Positions 1 to 6,633 of a stretch of 12,937 nt of DNA are shown here, piece by piece. Under the pieces are notes generated by a model. That model worked only from the letters and a program-made list of their open reading frames with translations, had not been told where the DNA came from and did not search any database. Source of the stretch: Candidatus Hodarchaeum mangrovi. GTDB lineage: Archaea; Asgardarchaeota; Heimdallarchaeia; Hodarchaeales; Hodarchaeaceae. The stretch spans positions 1 through 12,937 of the forward strand of contig JAEOUE010000269.1 in assembly GCA_016839515.1 (NCBI GenBank), given 5' to 3'. The position numbers and the translations under genes were made by a program. Within the stretch, counting starts at the first letter, position 1. Each line of letters begins with the position of its first letter.

Positions 1-1749
1 GCTAAACTTAATTTACTAGAAAATCTTCTATATCAGGGAAAAAGCCATGAACTATTAGATACTTATGAACAGCTAAAAGAAATTGGTGAAATAACACGAA
101 TAGCCTTAAATGAGACCCAAATTCTTGAAATCCTGATTTTATATGAGCTAGATGAGTTTCAAACAGGATTAGATCTCACTGAAAAGATATTCAATGTAAC
201 CAAGCAATCTGAAGACCAATTATTGGAATTGAATGTAATACTCTTAAAAATAAGGGCATTTTTAGAGCTTGGTGATTTAAAAACAAGTTATGCCATGATA
301 AAAAAAGCAGAAGAATTTCTTCACACTAATAAAGATAAATTGGTTGAACATTTAAGAAGAAAAGAATCTGACCTAGACTACTTAAAAGCTAGGGTTTTCC
401 TAAGAACAGCAGAGTATGATAGTGCGCTTGATTCAGCACAAAGAGTATTAATCAATAGGAGAGAAAACGAAAATCTATATGAAATTGCAGAATGTCTTAA
501 TTTATTAGGGATTATCAACATTTCAAAAGGTGATTATCAGAAAGCAAACGAATATTTAAAAGAATCATTAAAGAATTTTAGTAAATTTGATAATAAAAAG
601 GCAATTGCAAAGATATTCAATAATCTTGGGATGAATTACTGGAGAAGAGGTAATTTACTTAAGGCATTAGACTTTTTTCGAAAGAGTTTAACTTTGGCGA
701 AAGAATTGGAAAATTTTACCCAAATAGCAGTGTTACATTTAAACATTGGCCTTATTTATGGGTATCAAGGGGAATTGAATCTAGCATTAAAGAGTTATCA
801 GAAAAGTCTGGCGATAAGTAAAGAATTAGGTCAAAAAACTACTCTTTCAATGTGTTTAAATAATATTGGATTAATATTCCATGCAAGAGGGGATTTTACA
901 AATGCTTTACATTATTATCAAGATTCATTAGGCTTATTGCAAGAACTAGGTAAAAATCATGACATAGCAATTTGCTATAATAATATTGGAGAAATTTATT
1001 GCTCAATGGGGGAATATAAAAAAGCTTTAGATCAGATTAAGAAGAGTTTATCCTTATTTCAAGAGATCAGGGCTATTCCTGATATAACTCTTCCTTTATT
1101 CAATCTTGTAGAACTTTCACTTTATTCAGGATTTCCTCAAAAAGCCCAATCATATTTACAGCAACTTCAAGATATAGACAAGAAGGAAAAGCATGGAATA
1201 ATTAGTCAAAGGTATCGTTTAGCTCAGGCATTGATTTTGAAAAGTGGTAAAAGAGCTAAAATGAAGATAAGATCTTCTGAAATTCTTGAAGAACTAATGG
1301 AGGAAGAAATTATTGATCATTCACTCACTGTACGCGCAATGTTTGAGCTTTCAGAGTTGTTAATCGATGAATTAAGAGCGTATGGAGAAGAAGAAGTCTT
1401 TAATCAAGTCAAAAAGTTGATTCAAAGATTAGATAAGATAGCTAACGGACAAAAATCATACTCTTTAATGATTGATACATTAATTCTACAGGCAAAAATT
1501 TCAATGGTAGAAGGGGATTTAATTGTTTCACAGAAGTTCTTAGATCAAGCGGAACTAATTATAAAGAAAAAAAGGATTCATCAGTTGGTTAATAAACTCC
1601 AAGAGGAGAAAAAGCAATTAAAAAACCAATTTGAGAAATGGGAAAGCCTTATTCAGAGTAATGCACCGTTTGGCTTACGATTGGAACAAGCACAAGTCTC
1701 TGAATATATCAATGAAGTAAAAAAAGCAAAAAGAGAATGGGGAATATAA
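1..1749 (+). CDS. Large tetratricopeptide-repeat (TPR) protein, 5'-truncated by the window edge
   Basis: Frame 1 is open from base 1 (AKLNLLENLLYQGKSHELL...) into the tracked ORF, so TTG 223 is not the true start. Tandem ~40-aa TPR units (CLNLLGII...GDYQKA; FNNLGMNY...GNLLKA; CLNNIGLIF...GDFTNA; CYNNIGEIY...GEYKKA) followed by a helical C-terminal region. Stop TAA at 1747-1749. Confidence 0.92.
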   Translation, partial: AKLNLLENLLYQGKSHELLDTYEQLKEIGEITRIALNETQILEILILYELDEFQTGLDLTEKIFNVTKQSEDQLLELNVILLKIRAFLELGDLKTSYAMIKKAEEFLHTNKDKLVEHLRRKESDLDYLKARVFLRTAEYDSALDSAQRVLINRRENENLYEIAECLNLLGIINISKGDYQKANEYLKESLKNFSKFDNKKAIAKIFNNLGMNYWRRGNLLKALDFFRKSLTLAKELENFTQIAVLHLNIGLIYGYQGELNLALKSYQKSLAISKELGQKTTLSMCLNNIGLIFHARGDFTNALHYYQDSLGLLQELGKNHDIAICYNNIGEIYCSMGEYKKALDQIKKSLSLFQEIRAIPDITLPLFNLVELSLYSGFPQKAQSYLQQLQDIDKKEKHGIISQRYRLAQALILKSGKRAKMKIRSSEILEELMEEEIIDHSLTVRAMFELSELLIDELRAYGEEEVFNQVKKLIQRLDKIANGQKSYSLMIDTLILQAKISMVEGDLIVSQKFLDQAELIIKKKRIHQLVNKLQEEKKQLKNQFEKWESLIQSNAPFGLRLEQAQVSEYINEVKKAKREWGI

Positions 1750-1804
1750 TCATAATATTGCCTATTGGCTTTATACAGAGAATATTAAGATTAATGAATT
1801 GAAT

Positions 1805-2437
1805 TCATTCTTTTTCTGAATTCACCAAGGAAGGAAATGGACTAGCCAAAATGAAGGTAAAATAGCTTTCTGGACCTATTTCCTCAAGTGGTTGCAAATT
1901 GAGTTCATGGTTTTCTTGAAATTGATAGAGAAACTGATTGAACTCTTTTTGAAAGAGCTCGCCTAATTCCTTATTCATTATTCCAATAGACATTAGTTCC
2001 TTCCCAGTTAGAATATTTTGGATAAATTTGTCGATTTCTCGGCTTTTAAAATTAAATATATTTTCAAGATTTCGTTGAACTGCTAGTAATACTATTTTTA
2101 AAAACTCTAAATCCATCTCTACTAATGCTTTTTCTACAACTGCACCTAAATCTCTAAATTTACGCATATGTTGGCTTGGGCTTAGTTTCCAATAATTTAT
2201 TGTAAAATTACGAATTGATTCTGTTTTTGAGATAAAAACTATTCCTGATCTCTCGAAGGTTCTCAAATTTCGTGTAATAGTCGATTGATCTTTGTTTGTT
2301 AAATTAGCAAGTTGTTTTACAGTTAATTCTTTATGAATTATTAAATTCCAAGCTATTAATGCACGAGTTTCAGAGCTAAACAGCTTTTTAAAAAAAGTTC
2401 GACTGTTTACTCCTTCCTCTATGGTTTTATTTGCCAT
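1805..2437 (-). CDS. Winged helix-turn-helix transcriptional regulator (ArsR/MarR-like N-terminal domain plus C-terminal domain)
   Basis: ETRALIAWNLI...LTVKQLANLTNKDQSTITRNLRTFERSGIV is a typical HTH/wing pattern. SD-like AAGGAG upstream of the ATG on the minus strand. Divergent from the transporter. Confidence 0.85.
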   Translation of the reverse strand: MANKTIEEGVNSRTFFKKLFSSETRALIAWNLIIHKELTVKQLANLTNKDQSTITRNLRTFERSGIVFISKTESIRNFTINYWKLSPSQHMRKFRDLGAVVEKALVEMDLEFLKIVLLAVQRNLENIFNFKSREIDKFIQNILTGKELMSIGIMNKELGELFQKEFNQFLYQFQENHELNLQPLEEIGPESYFTFILASPFPSLVNSEKE

Positions 2438-2485
2438 TTTGAATCGGTCTCCTTGAACATACTTCTAATTGACACAATCATTACA

Positions 2486-2497
2486 TTTATATATAAA
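2486..2497. promoter_or_regulatory. Palindromic archaeal-type TATA box (TTTATATATAAA), possibly bidirectional
   Basis: Perfect 12-bp palindrome in the divergent intergenic region, 48 nt upstream of the regulator ATG and immediately before the repeated boxes. Confidence 0.55.
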
Positions 2498-2501
2498 CAT
2501 T

Positions 2502-2551
2502 TGCATTGTGCATACAGATGTAATGTGCAATACATACGAGTGCATTGTGCG
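2502..2551. promoter_or_regulatory. Three TGCA-N3-TGCA-type boxes, putative operator sites of the adjacent wHTH regulator
   Basis: TGCATTGTGCA (2502-2512), TGTAATGTGCA (2519-2529) and TGCATTGTGCG (2541-2551): dyad-symmetric repeats directly beside the TATA box. Confidence 0.6.
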
Positions 2552-2584
2552 TTTTAATCATGTATTTACATCGGAGATAAAGAA

Positions 2585-2755
2585 ATGAAAGGAAGAAAAA
2601 TATTAGCAATAATCGAAGAAAATACAAAGTATTTTGACCTTTGTTACTGGAAAGAACGCCGAAAAAACCCTGATTCACCCGATTTAAGAAATTGGACTAC
2701 AAAAAAACGAAGAAACTTTCAGAAACTTTGGTATGGTGAGAAAATTGACTCCTGA
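2585..2755 (+). CDS. Unannotated 56-aa basic small protein or leader peptide upstream of the MFS gene
   Basis: GGAG (2573-2576) lies 8 nt before ATG 2585. Translation: MKGRKILAIIEENTKYFDLCYWKERRKNPDSPDLRNWTTKKRRNFQKLWYGEKIDS*. It fills the intergenic gap and overlaps the MFS start by 23 nt. Confidence 0.5.
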   Translation: MKGRKILAIIEENTKYFDLCYWKERRKNPDSPDLRNWTTKKRRNFQKLWYGEKIDS

Positions 2756-4010
2756 AAACAAGAGTTATCTAATGGGTTATCTAGTCATCTGGAGTGGGCA
2801 ATTGATATCGTTATTTGGATCAGGACTGGTTCAATTTGCCATTATCTGGTGGTTAACCACAACCACTGGAAGCTCTTTTATTCTTGCCCTAGCAAGCTTT
2901 GCAGGTTTAATTCCATTGGTTATCTTTACTCCTATTTCAGGGGTACTTGCTGACCGTTGGAAAAGAAAACATTTGATTTTATCAACTGATTTCCTTCAGG
3001 CATTATTATCGTTTGGATTAATCTTTCTTTTTTACTTAAAATTGGAAAGTTTTATCCTAATCATCGTTATATTATTTCTTCGCGGTATGTTTCAAGCAAT
3101 TCAATTACCAGCATCCATTGCTTTGGTTCCACAAATGGTACCCAAAAACAAAATTAGTAGAGTCAATGGATTGAACTCTATCCTGAATAATATAATTTAT
3201 ATGGTTACTCCAGTTGCAGGAGCAATATTTCTTGAAATCGCTTCAATTGAGTACATATTATGGATTGATGTCTTTACTTTCTTAATCGCTGTAGGAACAT
3301 TAGTAGTCGTCTTCGTACCTTCTGTGTCGAAACAAGAAAAAAATAGCGTCCAAAACTACCCTAAAACATCTTTTAAATCTGAATTCATTGAAGGATTAAC
3401 CTACCTGCGCGTAAATGGATTTATGACCCTTATACTTGGTGGAATGTTCGCGAATATTTTGATCAATCCTCTGTTTTCATTATTGCCTTATTTTATCAAA
3501 CATATCCATGAAGGAGGAGCATTAGATCTTGCTCTCATATTAGGAGTCTTTCAAATGGGCAGCCTAGTTGGAGCACTGTTCGTAATGGTGAAAAACTTTC
3601 AACCACAGTTTAAAAATATAGTGTCTGCAGTTTTTGTTTCTTTTATAGGATTATTTTTACTGGGAATCTCTCCTCCAGGATTCTTCTCTATAATAGTTCT
3701 TGGAAGTCTAATTGCTGGTTTAGCATTAGGAACCGTTGATATCATGATAATTAGTATTCTACAAATAAATATACCCGGTGAGTTACAAGGAAGAGTTTTT
3801 TCTATTTTATTCATGCTAGTCAAATCCATTCTTCCAATTGCTGTTCTTATCACAGGTGGTCTTGGAGAAGTATTCGGATTATCGGTGATTTACATAATCA
3901 ATCCTCTACTTGGATTTGGTTTGGTTATATATCTAATATTTGGATCACGAATCTCTAAATTTGATCAAAATATGGTTCAAAGAAGAATGATGATTTCTAC
4001 ATCTAATTGA
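2733..4010 (+). CDS. Major facilitator superfamily transporter (MefA/MFS_3-like drug:H+ antiporter type)
   Basis: About 12 hydrophobic segments; MFS motif A GVLADRWKRK; N-terminal WSGQLISLFGSGLVQFAIIWWL and C-terminal QINIPGELQGRVFS, both typical of the MefA-like subfamily. Confidence 0.92.
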   Translation: MVRKLTPENKSYLMGYLVIWSGQLISLFGSGLVQFAIIWWLTTTTGSSFILALASFAGLIPLVIFTPISGVLADRWKRKHLILSTDFLQALLSFGLIFLFYLKLESFILIIVILFLRGMFQAIQLPASIALVPQMVPKNKISRVNGLNSILNNIIYMVTPVAGAIFLEIASIEYILWIDVFTFLIAVGTLVVVFVPSVSKQEKNSVQNYPKTSFKSEFIEGLTYLRVNGFMTLILGGMFANILINPLFSLLPYFIKHIHEGGALDLALILGVFQMGSLVGALFVMVKNFQPQFKNIVSAVFVSFIGLFLLGISPPGFFSIIVLGSLIAGLALGTVDIMIISILQINIPGELQGRVFSILFMLVKSILPIAVLITGGLGEVFGLSVIYIINPLLGFGLVIYLIFGSRISKFDQNMVQRRMMISTSN

Positions 4011-4101
4011 AAAGCATAATGAACTAATATGAATATAAAAATCAAGATAGGAAGAGGAAACAAAAGATCGTAAAATGATCGAATGGAGGAGGTGATAACA
4101 C

Positions 4102-4117
4102 TTTTTTTATTTTTTTT
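4102..4117 (+). terminator. Oligo-T tract, probable archaeal-type intrinsic terminator of the MFS transcript
   Basis: TTTTTTTATTTTTTTT about 90 nt downstream of the MFS stop, in a convergent intergenic region. Confidence 0.4.
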
Positions 4118-4265
4118 ACTCTAAATCCGAATGCTAATATACGATTTTAACTCTTATTATTGGTTTGTATCATAGGATATGTTTTTCTCAATCAAAACAA
4201 CCTTAAATGATAGAATACAGTATCAATAAAAATATCTATATCCATTAGATTGAGACAACTTAAAT

Positions 4266-4736
4266 CTAATTCTCGTTCATCGCTACCTCAAGGTTTGGAG
4301 ATCCATCAGGTAATAGAATCCCTTTCTTTATAACTTGCATTAATACACCGTTGGCAGACTTGGGATGGAAGAAAACTGAAAATATACCTTCAGTAGGGGT
4401 CATACCTGCTTGTGGAATTCCAGCCTTTTCAAAACGTTCAATTGTATACTTAATATCAGTAGATTCTAATGCTAGATGAAAAAGCCCCTCACCTTTTTTC
4501 TCAAGATACCGCTTAGTGGGGCCATCTGTTAAAGGAGTTACAAGTTCAATAAAGCAATTGTTTCCCAAAGGAATAAAGGCATAATCAATTTCTTCATCTT
4601 CACCTTTCCCGGTAATATAGCTTTGTCTATTAATTTTAATAGTTTCAGGATTCATTTCAAGAGCCTGACAGTATTTTAAAACCGCTTTCTTCAGATCTGT
4701 GACGACTATTCCAATGTGATGAAAATTTGTTTTCAT
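4266..4736 (-). CDS. VOC/glyoxalase superfamily protein, methylmalonyl-CoA epimerase-like
   Basis: HHIGIVV, IELVTP, YLEKKGEGLFHLAL and FFHPKSANGVL match the MMCE-family motif order. The last motif reads GVLMQV instead of GVLxEL. Confidence 0.8.
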   Translation of the reverse strand: MKTNFHHIGIVVTDLKKAVLKYCQALEMNPETIKINRQSYITGKGEDEEIDYAFIPLGNNCFIELVTPLTDGPTKRYLEKKGEGLFHLALESTDIKYTIERFEKAGIPQAGMTPTEGIFSVFFHPKSANGVLMQVIKKGILLPDGSPNLEVAMNEN

Positions 4737-4870
4737 GATCTAACATCTCTAATTAGAGTGGCTATCTAGAAAACTCCAGAGTTCTCTCACCAATTATGGT
4801 TTATTAAATATATTTACTAGATGATATTACTCAGTTATTTAACTAAATTCTTTGAAAAATCCTGAACAAA

Positions 4871-5105
4871 TTAACGTTTCCCGTTGCTAATAATTGTAAA
4901 ACCTTCTTTTTCAAGCAAAGTTTTATGCTATTTTAGTCCTCCTGAAAATTTCTCATTAAATAAACCTTCTGGTTTTAAAATTCACCAATAAAAAATTAAT
5001 AAATCTTTTCCTTGTTTTGCGGCCTCCCCTACTGCATTTGTAGAAGTCATTATATATTCAGTAAGAGAGGAAAATTTGATTCTTACTTCTGGTTGAAATG
5101 AATTA
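4871..5105 (-). pseudogene. Probable decayed C-terminal fragment of a class I SAM-dependent methyltransferase
   Basis: One reading frame with two internal stops: ...IMTSTNAVGEAAKQGKDLLIFYW*ILKPEGLFNEKFSGGLK*HKTLLEKEGFTIISNGKR* (TGA 4984-4982, TAG 4930-4928, TAA 4873-4871). It resembles the 'RxLKPGG...LLExAGF' pattern of methyltransferases. Confidence 0.35.
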
Positions 5106-5108
5106 AAA

Positions 5109-5753
5109 TTAGATTTTAGTTTGTTTGAATCTTGAGAATAAAGCTAAAACTTTTTCTTTTTCACTGTAAACAACGATTAGCTCTAAAAAAATAATTAGTG
5201 AAAAATATAGAAAATTGTAGGTGTTGAAAAACAAAACTGGTGGGATAAATAGAAAAAGAATACTATTAGTTAAAAAATTATCATAGGTTTTATTTTTCGT
5301 AATAAACTTCTTTACCAGTTGCATTACAGTCATTAATCCTATATAAAGAAGAAAAAAACTTTGCCACGATATAAAAAAAAGTATTCCTCCTAAGGGGGCT
5401 CCTCCTTTCCCACCGTGCCATTTATGCTGTTCAATCCATATCCAGAATGAGTTTATATGACCAAGGAGAATACCAACACTAGCTATTGCAATATGTCCTT
5501 CAATATTCTGTAATTGGATAATAATTCTAAAAACATAATCAATTAATCCTAGGGCAAAAATTGCCTTCCCAATGTCAAATAATCCTACAATTATTAAAGC
5601 AGGCCATCCTAATAATCTTCCAGCGTTTGTTGCCCCTAATTGTCCTGTTCCCTCTTCTGTTAGATTAATCCCACGAATTTTTGCCCAATAATAGGAAATA
5701 AAAACTGAGCCGCAGAAATATCCTAAAAGACCACTAAGGAATACCTCAAAAAT
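5109..5753 (-). CDS. plsY: PlsY-like glycerol-3-phosphate acyltransferase (acyl-phosphate dependent), ~214 aa, start codon non-canonical or unresolved
   Basis: Manual translation shows the frame of the tracked 74-aa ORF is open from 5768 to 5109: IFEVFLSGLLGYFCGSVFISYYWAKIRGINLTEEGTGQLGATNAGRLLGWPALIIVGLFDIGKA...GILLGHINSFW...WHGGKGGAPLGG... It contains the PlsY signatures GYxxGS, GxGxxGATNxxR, DxxK, GH and GGKG, plus multiple TM helices. The first ATG/GTG/TTG is at 5333; ATT 5753 is used as a nominal start. Confidence 0.85.
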   Translation of the reverse strand: MFEVFLSGLLGYFCGSVFISYYWAKIRGINLTEEGTGQLGATNAGRLLGWPALIIVGLFDIGKAIFALGLIDYVFRIIIQLQNIEGHIAIASVGILLGHINSFWIWIEQHKWHGGKGGAPLGGILFFISWQSFFLLYIGLMTVMQLVKKFITKNKTYDNFLTNSILFLFIPPVLFFNTYNFLYFSLIIFLELIVVYSEKEKVLALFSRFKQTKI

Positions 5754-6633
5754 TAATTTTTCTTCCCCCTATATCCTTATTTGGCAAAGCGAAATAAGCA
5801 ATTAATAATAAACCAGGGCCAGTATTTGCTGCAATCATTGGATCAGCATCGCCTTCAATAATTTGATATTGAGGAAAATATTTATTTATTTCTTGCTTCA
5901 TTAGTTTTGAATCTTCCTTGCATAAGAAATCACTGATACCAACAATATTCGGTTTTATATTTGTATCTATACTTTTAGATAACAAATTCACCATTATATC
6001 TAACGCTTTTTCTCTTTTTCGGGGCCTGTCAACTAAAAATATATCTGAATTTCTCATAATTAGAATTGGCTTGATTGAAAGTGCATCAGCCATCATAGTT
6101 GCTATTTTTATACTTATTCGACCTGTCTTATTAACATATTTTAACGAATCTAATGTCCCTATAACTTGAATCTGCTGACAATACTTTTGAACCTGTGATA
6201 ATAATTCTGATTCATCACCAATTTGTTGTGCAGAAATGGCCGTCGCAATTACTACCAACCCTAAACCTAATGTTGCTACACCAGTCTCAAATAATTTGAT
6301 TCGAGACGGGTCTTTCATTCTTTGAATAGCTGTGTTTGCTGAATTGATTGCACTAGTTTGTTTCCTAGGAGGATGTAAACTGATAATGAAATCAACATCA
6401 TCAATTAAACTACTATAAGCATTATAATATTCTCCTGGTGGGGGAGCACCAGTTCTGAAAGTCTTATTTTTCTCTGTTATGATTTTACTTAAATCTTTAG
6501 TAAAAAAATTCTCGCCACTTTTATAGCGTTCCCCATCTATGTATATATCTCCTGGAACAACAATAATTGAATATTTTTTTTTCAATTCTATTGGTAATTC
6601 GCCCATTGAATCAGTAACAATACCCACTTTCAA
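5746..6633 (-). CDS. degV: DegV-family (FakB-like) lipid/fatty-acid-binding protein
   Basis: MKVGIVTDS, LKYVNKTGRI, IKPIL and C-terminal TGPG; 295 aa. The TTG start overlaps the upstream stop (TTGA, 6633-6630), with SD GGGAGG 8 nt upstream. Confidence 0.9.
   Translation of the reverse strand: MKVGIVTDSMGELPIELKKKYSIIVVPGDIYIDGERYKSGENFFTKDLSKIITEKNKTFRTGAPPPGEYYNAYSSLIDDVDFIISLHPPRKQTSAINSANTAIQRMKDPSRIKLFETGVATLGLGLVVIATAISAQQIGDESELLSQVQKYCQQIQVIGTLDSLKYVNKTGRISIKIATMMADALSIKPILIMRNSDIFLVDRPRKREKALDIMVNLLSKSIDTNIKPNIVGISDFLCKEDSKLMKQEINKYFPQYQIIEGDADPMIAANTGPGLLLIAYFALPNKDIGGRKINF

Noticed and set aside
2487-2678. 63-aa minus-strand ORF
   Set aside because: It runs across the TATA box and operator-like boxes, lies antisense to the better-supported 2585-2755 ORF, and has no recognisable motif.
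2711-2729. Tandem AGAAACTTT x2
   Set aside because: Only two 9-nt copies in AT-rich, probably coding DNA; compatible with chance.
3599-3853. 84-aa minus-strand ORF
   Set aside because: Antisense shadow inside the MFS gene.
4085-4095. Strong SD-like GGAGGAGGTGA downstream of the MFS gene
   Set aside because: No start codon follows at usable spacing; it runs straight into the T-tract. No gene or RNA structure could be supported.
5109-5333. Tracked 74-aa ORF as a stand-alone small membrane protein
   Set aside because: It is only the C-terminal third of the PlsY-like frame, which is open up to 5768.
5500-5540. Suspected internal frameshift in plsY
   Set aside because: Codon-by-codon re-reading (GTT TTT AGA ATT ATT ATC CAA TTA CAG) shows the frame is continuous.
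5918-6169. 83-aa plus-strand ORF
   Set aside because: Antisense shadow inside degV.
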